The position numbers and the translations under genes are program-made. 64,000 bases of DNA, taken from Dimorphilus gyrociliatus (taxonomy: Eukaryota > Animalia > Annelida). The stretch covers positions 62,001-126,000 of the forward strand of contig CAJFCJ010000007.1 of assembly GCA_904063045.1 (NCBI GenBank). Direction: 5' to 3'. The notes under the pieces are model-generated. The model was not told the origin of the DNA. It saw only the letters and a program-made list of their open reading frames with translations, and ran no database searches. Shown in pieces: positions 10,772 through 23,926 of this stretch (position 1 is its first letter; each line of letters begins with the position of its first letter).

Positions 10772-13700
10772 ATGAATGTGTGTCGATGGCAGTTTCTGGT
10801 GCTCTGCTTCCTTGTTAGACTTAATTATCAATCTTCATTGGCTCAAGTCTATATTGGTAATATTAAAACTTTACTTGTTTTTCATTAATTATTAGTAGTA
10901 ACTTTTTATTATTAATTTTTTATAATTTGAACAGGAGGTATATTTGACAACGATAATTACATAAATATTTTTAAAAAGGCCATTGAATATGTTAATTATC
11001 GAAAAATCTTCTCACCCGATTATATTTTATTACCTTACGTTAATAAAACTGGACCATTGGCAAGTTTTGAAAGTATGCAATTAGGTAAGCTTATGAATTA
11101 TTAATTTGTATATACTTTAGTTAAATTCTTAGATTCTTTATTAGTCTTTTAGGTTTAATATTATCTTAAATCATTTAGTTAATATTTAAAATTATTCGTA
11201 TATGTTTTTGGATAAATTATGATAATTAAATAGCTTCGTATTAATTCGTTTTTTCAGTTTGCGAACAAGCCGAATTCGGAGTTATAGCCATCGTTGGTCC
11301 AATTAGTTCAACACCAACAGCCGCAATATCTCCGTTAACCAGCAAATTTGAGATACCTCAGTTAGCCCCAGCGGCAACCAATCCCCTATTAAGTGAGGAA
11401 AATCTATTTGTTTTATAAAATTTTTATGTATTATTCATACAAACTAGGTAGACGATCGATTATCGTATTGTTATCCATGGAACGTTGAAGGGTTTTTTGC
11501 CGTTCCATTAATTCATTAAGGCAGTTTTTCGGTGCGTGTAAACTGCAAATCGAATAAAGTTAGGATGATGCTAAGCCTTTTTTCTTTCCTCTTCCCCATC
11601 GAAAATACCAAAACTATATAAGATCATAAAAAATTCATATTAAAGCGGAATGTAGTGTATATTCAGACTTTTCTATTATAAAAAAGTGATTTATTGTCTT
11701 ATTTTCTGACTTAACTCATCATTATTTTATTTGAAAATTATAGCTTATTGCTTTTAAAAACGACATTTTGCTACTTTATATACTTCATTAATATTCATAT
11801 TTATTACTTTATTATATTCTCTGTTTGTTATTATATAGTTTTCTTTTATACATCTATAAAATTAATATAGGATAATAGATTTTAAACTCTACTAATTTAT
11901 TATATACTAATTTACATATGCAAATTTATTAATTTTTCTTTATTATTTAATTATTTAAGATTTAGGAATTTACTTTATATCTATTACGCAAACCTTCCTA
12001 GAAGTTATTATTAAAAGTCACAAATACATGTTTATTGATATATCATAGTACTAGAGTCGTATGAAATATTTATGTATTCAATGCAATTTGATACTCATTA
12101 AATAATTACTGTAGTTAAACAATGTCAGTTAAACTGTTACTTTAATGATATAACAATTAATCTAGATAATAAAGACCTTCACCGTTTTTTGATACGAATG
12201 CTTGCACCCGATTCCGTTCAATCTGCGGCGTTAATTGATCTTGTATCGAATTTTGAATGGACTAACTTGGCAATTTTAACGTCCGATACCGATTACGGTA
12301 TTAATGGTTTAATACAATTTCAAGAGGGAGCCGCTAAGAAAGGTTGGAAAATTGCTAGCGTTCAGCAATTTTCCACTTCTAACGACATTCAAAACGTGGA
12401 TGCTACCGAACAATTACAAAACATTAAAAATATTGGTATTCGTGTTATTATTTTGAACTGTTTGGACGTTTTTGGTGAAGTTATTCTTAAGCAAGCCGAA
12501 AATTTAGGTATGACTGAAAATGGATGGGCTTGGATAGTTACGGATGGTATAACAGGAACGGTATATTATTAAGTTATATTTAAAAGCTCTAGGCATAAAA
12601 ATACTTTCTTGTTACTTGTTTTGAATAGAATTTTGGAACGGAAAAGAATATTCCAAACTATATGAGAGGCTTAATAGGAACCAGACCTTCTTTTGGTCAA
12701 GGTATACTTAACAGAGACTTTCAAACATTTCTTGTTCCCGGCTCTATAAACGTAAATAAACATTATTAGCAGCTTATAATAACATATTAATAACATAAAA
12801 ACTTAAACGTTTCATTTTAATAATCAATAGGCCTACAGTTCAAAAATAGCGGATGCAGTATTAGCAGTAGCTTACGGTTTACATAAAGCTTCACAAAGTA
12901 AATCCAATCTTGAATTCCCAAAGAATTTATCCTGCAATACAGCATCTTTTTGGGAGGATGGTCAATTTCTTTTAGATAGCATTAAAAGAGTAAGTAATTC
13001 ACATAATTTAATTATATGCTAATTTCACTCTTTTAAACTTAATACTATTAAAAAGTTAAACGATGCTGGAATATCTTCGAGCATACAATTTAATGAAAAT
13101 GGCGGTCCTCTTTCTGTACAATATGATATTGTCAATATGAAACTTGATGGGTGGAATGAGGTAAATGGCTTCTTTCTCTTTTTTAACTTGCACTTAATAC
13201 ACAATTATAGATGACAAAAACAAATATGATTCTTTCATGAATTAATAATAAATAGTCATTAGAGAGGATTTACTTGAAGTTTATATAAACAATACATTCT
13301 AACATTTTAATAGGTTGGAACATGGACCCCAAATGAAGGATTACATTTACGGAATCGTCAAGATATTCGATTTCATGGAGGATCCGAAATTGTTTTAGAT
13401 GAAATAAGTCATTTAGTTAATAGAACAATAAGAGTTGTTTCCATAAGAGAGGATCCTTTTGTTATGCACTTAAGTGATGATATTCAATTGGGTTCTATTC
13501 TAACTCCTAACAATACCGAAGGTTTCTATAAAAAGATTTGTAAAAGCTATTAGAAATTTTAAAACCGAAACATTTTGGCACTCAATAGGTTATTGCATAG
13601 ATTTATTAGAGAGGCTTTCGAAAGATATCGGCTTCAAGTATCACATGTACAATGTACCTGATGGGAATTTTGGCGCAAAAGATTCCAAAACGAGACAATG

Positions 13701-16353
13701 GAATGGAATGGTTAAAGAGTTAGTTGAGAGAGTAGGCACCAATTTACAACTTTAGTTTTTTTTTCTATTTAATTAGAATACGTATTTTTTCATTTTTTTA
13801 AACTAGAAAGCCGATATGGCTGTTGCTAGTCTAACTATTAGTTATGTTAGAGAAAAGGATATTGACTTTACAAAGCCTTATTTAGATCTTGGTGCAACCT
13901 TTGTCATGAAAGTATATTAGAATTTCATATAGCGTGAATTGTCTTTATTCAATAGTCTGTTTTTTTAAAAGACACCTAAACCGGAGGCTGCACGACCATT
14001 CAAATTCCTCGATCCGTTTACAAGTGAATTATGGTTGTTCATTGTAGTAACGGCTCTTATTATTGGTATATATTTATCATTAATTGATAAATTAAGTCCA
14101 TTCGCCAGACATGGGGCATTCATTCATACGCATGGACCAAATCAAGAGGATTTGTAATGATTTAATAATTCATATAATTCAGCTATAAACATACATTTAT
14201 TCTTATTTATTTAAGATCTATGGCATCTCAAGTTGAGTATAAAAAATTTAAAAGAATGAAACACGAAGCAACTCATGAATTGAACGCGACAAATGCTACA
14301 TGGTTTTCAATTGCGTCACTTTTGCAACAAGGTGGAGAGATTTATCCGACGTCTTTATCAGGTTAAATACAATATACTTTCTTTAAAAAATTATAAATAC
14401 AATAATATTTATTGTTCTTCAGGAAGAATAACTGCTGTTTTATGGTGGATGTTAGTTGTTATTATTGTGTCTACATACACAGCCAATCTGGCAGCCTTTT
14501 TAACCGCCTCCAGAACAAAAACCAATATAAATAGCATAGAAGATCTGGCTGCTCAGAGTGATATCAAATACGGTATGAGTAAATGAGTAACTTATATTAT
14601 TTCATTGTGTTTATAGTCTAAAAAACTCGAAAGGATACAGTTCGTTTACCTCAGCCATTAACCTACAATACCATGTTTTAAACAGTTCATTCTTAATTGC
14701 TATCTATTGTTCAATCATTATAAAACTCATTTAATGAATAATGATTGGGAAAGGCTCTGACTTTTGTTATTACCGCGCATCGATTCTTCTCTATCAGTTG
14801 AATTAAGTAATTCTCTTCTTAGGCCTATTTCTATCCAACAATTACACTAATCTATATTTTACTTAGTAATTATTCCTTTCTAAAGCTTTCAACACGGAAA
14901 AATATTTTGTTTTTAAAAGTTAACATCTAGTTGTTTTTAATAGCGTACTTTTCGATTTCTCTTTTAGGGACAGTGGTTTACAGCGCTCCTTATCAATTCT
15001 TGATGGACAGTCAAATAAGCTTGTATAAAGATATGGCAAATACCATGACAACTAAAAAGACTCTAGTATCTTCAACGGCTGAAGGATTTGATAAGGCTAG
15101 AAAAGAGAATTTTGCATTTATATGGGATTCGGCCGTTCTTGAGTACGCCGTTGAACAAGAACCATGTCATACATTGCGCAGTATTGACAAACTCTTTGGA
15201 CTAATAGGGTTGGTATCAGAATAAGAATTATGAGTAAAACTTTATAGTTTAATAAGGATTCTCTTGTTTTTGTTTGCTTTTTTTCATCAGATATGGATTT
15301 GGTTTACAAAAAAGTTCTCCTTATCAAAAAGAACTATCGGCACACATCTTACGATTAAGGGAGGCAGGCTATTTAGAAGAATTAAAAAATAAATGGTTTG
15401 TTGAGAGAGGTCAGTGTGGTTCTTCAGGCACAGTTGCCTCATCTACTTCTAGCGTTATTGAGGGACAATTAGACATCGACCATATGTCGGGTAACATGTT
15501 TATTTTTTTACAGTTTGAAGGTAGAATTTAGGTATACGAGTTTATTTTTCCAGGTGTTTTTTATATTATATATGGTGGAATCGTTTTGGGTTTAATCGCA
15601 TGTGTCATTGAATGGTTAATTGCTTCACTTGCAGCGGTTGATAAATACGATGAGACTGTACTAATTTAGATATTATAAACTTAAGAAAGGCAACTAATCT
15701 TTATATTTCTTAGAAACCTCAAACTTTGGTGAATTCAATAAAAAAGAGATTGTCGAGGCTGAGGGCAGATTTTAGTGTAGGTTGGCTTCCCCCTCCTGTC
15801 CCTTGGTGTTGTCCTAAATCAGCTGCAGAATTTGAAGAACACGTATTCCCGCCTTCAAGGTTAGTTACTGTCAGGTAATAAGTAAACTAATATATCAAAT
15901 TAATCAATACCTTTCAGGAGAATGTCAAAGTCCTCTCATCAAGATCTTCACGATGGAAATGGAGTAAGTCAATTTCGTCTTTCCAGTAAGTCTGCATCTT
16001 TGAGAAGCCGGTAAGAATATATATACAGTATATATATATATACATACATCTACTGTATATTAAATAATTTGTTGACAAATTAATAAAATAACTTTATAGT
16101 CGAACTGAATCACAAACTAATCTCATACCCGATCAACCTCCATCTATCGGAAGAAAAGTTGATCCGAGAATTGCTGAATCTATATTAAATTCGTTTAAAG
16201 GTAGGGATAGTGGCAATAATTATTAAAGTCATATTTGTTTTACTAGCTACTCTTTATATTTTTGCAGACGATTCGAAAGAAAACAATACGAATGGTAATA
16301 TCTCTTCCTCACCAAAATCAAATTTAAACACAGAAACGTATTTTGTATATTAA
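10772..16353 (+). CDS. Ionotropic glutamate receptor subunit (non-NMDA pore; delta/AKDF/epsilon-like, class unresolved)
   Basis: About 20 exons spliced in frame (first 10772-10856, 10935-11084, 11258-11392, 12166-...). It has a signal peptide and a LIVBP-type ATD. S1 reads KADMAVASLTISYVREKDIDFTKPY, the M2 pore WFSIASLLQQG, M3 STYTANLAAFLT, S2 YGTV..AFIWDSAVLEY..PC..YGFGLQKSSPY, and M4 SGVFYIIYGGIVLG. The last exon is ambiguous (see findings). Confidence 0.93.
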
Positions 16354-17532
16354 GGCAAAAGTGTACGATTATCAAATAGCAATCCATAGAAAGTGTATTA
16401 CATATGTATTTATATTGGTATATATATGTTAATAGACTGCTAAAAAGTATACACAACGATGTTTATCTACAAAAAGAAAATGCTTTCAATAAACAACAAA
16501 TCTGTACAGAAATTGATCTCAGTTTTAATCAATACAGAAAGAGAACGACTATAACAATAGCTAGTTGTATATATTTTATTCTAGGAAGTAGGTCTACAAC
16601 TTAAACTATTGTATTTAGTGTGATATTTCTGTTATTTCTGTTTTATATATTGAAGTAATTTGAAGAGTATATTTGTATGGTTCAAGCAATATTGTTCTCA
16701 ATAAATTTTACTTGTTTCATTCATATAAAGAAGCATTTTCAATATGAAAACTGTATATAGTGTTTAAACTTTTTCATTATTCCTATTATGGCATATACTG
16801 CATATATGCTGCATATAGTAAATACAGTATAATACGATATAGTATAGAGTATAGGAGTATTCTTTTAGCTGCACCAACCTATTAATTGAATGTTTACTTT
16901 AAAATATTAAGTTATATATATATATATATAAATTTACTTTTAAGTCATTTAAGTTGATTTTAAAACGTCTCGAATGTATTAAAAAAGACTGAAGTTAGTA
17001 TTAAAAAAAAGAGAAGTGGATGTGATGTTTCTCGAGGCAGTGAAAATTACTATACTCCCTCATGATTGGTAATTATTAATAGACATTGTATAAAGAAGGT
17101 ACATTTTTTTTTCGACCAAGTTTAAAGAGTTCTTGCAATAAGTACATCAATATGACGAACCTTAAGTAAAGAAATACTCTCTACTATTTATAGGCTATAT
17201 TACATAGGCCCTAATATAGTTTGTTCTTATACCTTTCGTAGCTTTTTATTGATATAATATGGAGTAATATTTATCATCGACGCAGTGATTGAAAGGAATT
17301 TTTACAGGACAGATCTTCCTCCCATAACTTTTGCTCTTTGGAGATAAATTACCAGCCATTGTTATTGAACATGGTCATGTACATTATAAAAATAGATATG
17401 TTCACAATTTGTTCTTTATTTAAAGACAGGAAATTGAATAAATGTTTATAATTTCTAAAATTTTTCATTTTGTTATATCATTTATAGCCGAATAAAATTT
17501 GATAAGAGAAAGGACTGCCAGAACAAAGGAGT

Positions 17533-18985
17533 ATGGATAAACTATTTACGATTTTAGCTGATATATCAGACGCTAGGAAAGGTGGTGGCGATAGTTTTAG
17601 CGATCGATTGAGTAGTAGATATACTGTTTTCTTATTAATTATATTTTCGGTTATTGTTACAACGAGGCATATTGTTGGTAGCCCAATTTCTTGCTGGTGT
17701 CCTCCAGTTTTTACTTCAAGCCATATAGATTATACCAATAAAGTTTGTTGGACAACAAATACATTTTATTTACCTGTTTCTGAAGATCATTTAATTCCTG
17801 ATGAAAATAAGATAGACAAAAGAATTGGATACTATCAATGGGTTTCCCTCATTCTATGCTGTGAAGCTGTGTTCTTTTATCTGCCGAGACCATTATGGAT
17901 CGCACTTAGTAAAAAATCAGGCATCGAAATTTCGACACTTATCGATGCAGCAATCGAGTGCGAAAAATCTCTTTCGAACATGGAGAAGACAAAGCGCTAT
18001 ATAATTAAGATAGCAAGTAAATTTCTTCAGAAAGTTAGCAGAAAGCATATGACTACTTCATCGTGTAGATGGATCATGTGGAGATTCTATGGCCATTATT
18101 TGACAATCTTATACAATTGTTTTAAGATTATCTACTTGTTAAATGTTGTTGTTCAACTTCAATTGTTAAATTTCTTTTTAGGAACTGATTATACCATGTA
18201 CGGATTGAATACAATGTCAAATATCATCTTTAGAGGACAATGGGGACTATCAAAAACATTTCCAAGAGTTACTATGTGCGATTTTAATATAAGAATTATA
18301 GGAAATGTTCAAAGACATATCGTTCAGTGTACCCTTCCAATCAATATGTTTAATGAAAAAATTTTTCTAGTCATTTGGTTCTGGCTTGTTTTTGTTGCTA
18401 TAGTGACAGCTGCTAGTTTAATTCTATCATTAATGGTAAGTTAACAAAAAGAAAGCAAGACTATTAGATTATAAATGATTCAACTCTTTAGTTAATTTTT
18501 AAATAGTTATATAAAGCTGGGGTCTTTAAATTTTCCACTTTCAGAGTTTACTTCAAAGTGAGGACTACGTAAAAACGAGACTGATAACTCTTAAAGAGTA
18601 TCGAGGGAAATGGGCTACTAAATGTAATGTTAAACATTTTTCTCAACATTATTTAAGAAGCGATGGTCTCTTTATTCTTCGAATTTTGGCCAAAAATACA
18701 AATGATTTACTTGCATCTGAAATTTTAATTGGACTTTGGAAAGAATACCAAAAAGAAAGACAAGATATTTATACAATGAATAAATACGAATTACAAGTAA
18801 TGGATATTACGTTACATGAACTCTCTCAGGATCCTGCAACAAAGCTGCCTACCTTAGAGTTTGATCGTACAGATTCAGAACATGATAACAGAATAAAAGA
18901 TGAATGCGAAACTCAGGAAGAAGAAAAACAACAACAACAAGAACAAAACGAAATAGAAGAGAAAGAAAGAGAAGATGAAATGTAA
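17533..18985 (+). CDS. Innexin (invertebrate gap-junction protein), ~447 aa, 2 exons
   Basis: Exons 17533-18435 and 18545-18985 join in phase 0. It has DRLSSRYT, ISCWCP, YYQWV, FPRVTMCDF and QCTLPINMFNEKIF, with two Cys in each extracellular loop and an acidic/poly-Q tail. Confidence 0.95.
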
Positions 18986-20969
18986 AAAGTAGATAAAAGC
19001 TGAAAGAAGAAAAACCTCTTTATATGATTGATAATAGTTAAAAAAACACAAAAAGAAAAGAAGCCAATAAATAGCAAATCCGTAGCCTAGATTTAATTTT
19101 ATATTTAGAAGAGACTGATTTCGAGTGAGTTTGTATTGTTATAGATAAATATATAAATGATTTAAAAAGAAACGCTTTGCAATAACTAGTTACGAAAATC
19201 AACCTACAACAGAAAAATTGTAAACATCTTTATAAAATCATATTTTTTTATTTTTGAAATGAAACATCTTTTTATAGAAGAAAGAGAAATTTTCTTCTTA
19301 ACTATTCAAAGTATTTATAGTTTAGACTATAATTTATTAAGTAAACATTTAGTATGCTTTTATTACTTAATTACACTTTAATTATCACAAAATTCCTCTT
19401 ATCATTATGTACAGTAATATAATAAAATATCAATTATATCTATACACATTAGACGGAATGAATAGAAAGATAGTTTTAAAAAAAAGCAGTTATTTCTCTT
19501 ATATATAGTTTTTACATTTCCTGAGCCATTTGAAACTTCAATAGAAATGTCATGTATGAAAAGGAAATCATTAGGTTATATAATATAAGATATTTGAAGC
19601 TTTCTTATCTCAAAAATTCATTATTTAAACCTTATTTTATCCAATTGTACTGTATATATCTCCAATGTATTGTGAACTAAAAGTAAACTTAAAAAGTCTA
19701 GTTGTACTTTGAAACATAGATGTAACATATCCCTACAATGTGGGCTGTGACAAAGCCTAGCCATTTGCAAACTGATCCTGAAGAATACGCTTCATTGAGT
19801 CTTAAATATAGCTTATCTATAGATTTATTTGCTAGTTAATTGCCTTCTCTTCTAAATTTAAAAGATAAGGAAAAGATGATCAAGCCTCTTTAAGGTAAAT
19901 TGTCTAAAATACAATATTATATGGTCAGTTTGTACGGTTTTTAGGTCAACTAAAAATTTGGAGAAATAATTTCTATAGCTGTTGTACGCTATCACAAAGT
20001 TGTTTTTTAAGTTTACACAAGAAAACTTGGCTAAATAAGGCCTATATTCTCTTGTCTCCTTACTTAAAGAAACAAGCCTTCTTATAAAATCTTTACAACA
20101 AATATGCTTAATAATAACGCTAAAAGAAGAAATAAATGACCAAATAGGCCTCTTTGTGAAGACTATTTCTCACAGGGATGCCGTATTCGTGAACGTAATA
20201 TTTTTCTTCAATTTTGTTAATTACTTCTCTATTAACATAAAAAACTTGATATATACAACAGAGTAGAAGAACCTTTAAAAAAATCATTCAAAAATCTTAT
20301 ATTCAAGAGTATCTTTTGTCCATCAGTCTTTCTTATTCTGTCTAATCATTCCCATATTCATTTCTTTCTCTAACTTGTCACTTTTTTAATTAGACTTTTG
20401 GATTAGCTGCATTTCATATAAAACCACTAATATGTAGGCCGAACAGGATTTACTGAAATTCCGTTTCTTTAGCGATGAATAACTAAAGAAGAAACAAATA
20501 GATAAAATGAAAGAATACGTATACTTAAGGAAAAACTGAATAAAAAACTATAAATTAAGTAAATAATTCTACTTTAAGATTGTTTGTTAATACTTTTTAA
20601 CATCAGAAAAAACCTTTTAAGAAGTAAAAAAAAGAAAAACTTTTTAGTGTAATTTTCTTTCGCCAGATGGCCTCCGAAAAAAACTTGTAACACATTAAAA
20701 ATTTCATTGCATATAGAGAGAGAATTTTCGATCCTAAATGCGGGTAATGTAAAATGTTAACGTCTTTATTCTTACAATAAAAGAGGAAGAAAGAGAAAGG
20801 AAGAGAGAAGAAAGATTGTATACTTTTTTCTTTATCTAAAAATATCTCTTACTAATATTTAAAACTTCTAAATATTTTGACTGACACGGATAGAGAAAGA
20901 AGGATATTTTTTCTTCATTAATCAGGTAATTCTTTTTAAAAGAGATCCTTTTCTCAATTGGCTAAATAT

Positions 20970-21004
<35 letters not shown>

Positions 21005-21573
21005 GAGATTTATACTGTTAAGCAGGTTTTATAGTCTAAGATATTTTCAATTTTATTTATACAGTATCTTGTTAAAATAAATGTTAACAAAAAAAAAAAG
21101 AATTTAATATCCAAACATTTAATCCTTCCTTCCTGCTCTTTTTAAGAAGACAGAAAACCTAAAAACCTATGTGTACTTTACGATCATTATGTTTTTTAAA
21201 ATATTCAAGTGTTTCCCTTCTTCATTTTCTTAAATTTGAATAATTGAAACTTTAGACATTCTATAAAAACGTATGGATAATGATTGAAAATGGTCTTGTC
21301 TTAATGATATTATAGGATAAATGCTTCAATTTTATAAAATATTTGTTGATATTATTTGATTATACGATGAATTAAGATGTACTTTATTATTAAACTGACA
21401 GATTAATGACTCATTTAAGTCAAAATTGAAAAGGAAAAAAAAAAACAGGCCTTAGCACTTTTCTATTTGTAATAAATACTGTATTTATACGTAAATATAT
21501 CAAGAGAAATGTTTGATATCTTTCGTATTTTCATCCTTTTTTAGGTGTTGGAGCTGAGAGTTTTGACAAAAGA

Positions 21574-23926
21574 ATGAATTTGAAATTTGTCGTAATTGTT
21601 TGTATCATTAAGGAAATTCACTTAAATATTCTCAAAAGTAGAAATGAAAATGGCAAAATTGTTACCGTGTACACTTTACCTTATTTCAATACAACTCTAG
21701 AGTGTTCAATTTATTGTGAAAAAGGAGCATACGTTTGGGAATCAAAAGCTCTATTCGATTACGATCCAGTAATTTCCAGCAACTACGAAATATCAATAGA
21801 ACGGGCAGATCAAAAGTTTTCGTTAACTAGAAAGAATGACTTAGTATTTCTTAAGACTTTACCAAGATGCTTTGACAAATTAATCAAATGCTACTGCCAT
21901 GATCGTAATCGTTCAGTAAATTACCTCATAAAAGAAACAAGTAAGTATAACTAGTCTAAGAAATCGGCTTTGGCAATAAAATTTTGTTTATATAATGGTA
22001 ACTTTTTTACTTTATTTGCTATTAACTTTTTATACTTTTGATGTACTTAAATATAAGAGAGAATACAAAGGAAATTAATATTAAGAGTACACTAAAAAAA
22101 GGACACTTAGGTTATTAAGAGGAGAAACAATTGCTTTCTCTTTCGTCGTTTGAATATGAAATACGTTATATTGACAATGGTTTATTTTCTAATATTTAGA
22201 GCCTCCGAATAAACCCGAAATATCAATTAAGATGATTGATAGAAAACCGGATAAAATTTATAATGTAACATGTAAATTTGAAAACGCTGGTGTACCTGAA
22301 GCAAAAATAACTTGGGAGGTTAATGGAAAAATTTCGAAAACTAATTTAAATAACTTTTCTACTCTACTACCGCAACAAAAAGAAAATAAAATATCATGCA
22401 GATTAAGAAATACATATACTGTATTAAAAAACGAAATTATTCAAGTAACTGCAATAATATCTTTTGAAGGTAATAAAAGACTAGAATACTTTTTATTTGT
22501 TTTAATGGCTCTCTCTCTCTCTCAAATCTATTATTTTTTATACTATTGAATCCTTTTATCCTAAACTAACTTTGACAAGCACGTGCTTGAGAGGTTATGT
22601 GAAAAGTGATGCAACATTTAAGTTACTTTGTTTTCATGTTTGATGTCATTTCTTTTAGTACATTTTCTTTCTTCTCTTTTTTAATACAGATGAAGGAAAT
22701 CCCCTGAACGAGATGTCAAAAAAGCCTATTAATCAGGGTAAGCCAAAAAAAAATTCGATATTTACATTTCCTATTCTTTCAGTATTATCGTTTAGTCTCT
22801 CTTTGACTTGAACAACCAAATATCAATTAAAACGTTCTAACTATTTAACTTTCTATAGTTGTATCAATACTTTTACATACTGTATATCAATTAATAACAT
22901 AGTAGACTTTACTAAATTAATAGTATTTAAAATAAGGTACTTCTTTTATTTTTATAAAGGAACTTAAATAAGGTCATTGTATAAATGAATAACCGATTAT
23001 ACCGACAAAAGCCAAAGTTCCTTTATATAGATTGCATTTAGTATCATTTCATTATAAAATCAAGGCGAATATACTGTATGTTTCAGTTTTTAAAACTAAT
23101 TAAAGGATAAATTTCTTTAATAAAAATTATAACTGATCTGCTAAAGGTTTTTGATGCTTGTAATTTGCTCTCTTATCTCTGTTTGTTTTATTTTGTTTCT
23201 TTTTTTTTATAGATGAACTAAGAGCAACATCATCACTTCAACTTTATTTTAATATAATAATTTGCATGCTTCTGTGTGCAGTTTTATGCGTAATGGCCAC
23301 CTTGATCATATACGTTTGCAAAAAGAAGAGAACAGCTACAGGTAAGAGATAGAGATATGATATGTTTAAATCCAAGAAAGGGAGAGAGAGAGAGAGAGAG
23401 AAAATTAAATTAATAAATACTTAGTTGTCTTCTTATAATGTTTTTTAATACCCAAATTAATGTATTAAACATTATAGATATATATTAAAAAATATTATTA
23501 AAGTATATTTAGCCAAATCGGTCTTAATCATAAGTCGATTACAAAATTGTAAGCGTCATTAGACTTATTTTAATTTCAGGATTAGTTCTAGGCAAGAAAT
23601 CTCCTCGGGCAGCCAAATCATGAACCTTTTTAAAAAGTCCAATATATTTTCTATATTGATTATTCTTATTTCCTCACTGTGTTTCTTCAGATGTCACTGG
23701 TCAAGTTAAAAGTTATCGGCCTCCTGAACTAAAAACAAATTTAAATCGATCGGATTCATTTTACTCCGAAAACTATTCATTTCCCGATGTCCGCTCCAGA
23801 AATACATCAGAATATAGGGATTGTACCCAACTGGCGCCATCTTGTGACTGCCGCAAGCATCTAAAATCTATACATGAAAAAACAAATGAGGTGGAAATCT
23901 ATGATCGAGTTGGCACAGATGTCTAA
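21574..23926 (+). CDS. Type I membrane protein with two divergent Ig-like domains and a Tyr/PDZ-motif tail (~349 aa)
   Basis: Exons 21574-21940, 22200-22469, 22690-22737, 23213-23341 and 23691-23926 are all phase 1 and total 350 codons. It shows Ig C...W...C patterns (TLECS..YVW..IKC; VTCKF..ITWEVNG..ISC) and a TM segment IIICMLLCAVLCVMATLIIYVC followed by KKKR. The start codon is uncertain. Confidence 0.75.

Noticed and set aside
14325-15146. Calling the iGluR a GluN1 (NMDA) orthologue because of AFIWDSAVLE
   Set aside because: The pore is QQG rather than the NMDA N-site, and the GluN1 S1 Cys-rich loops are absent.
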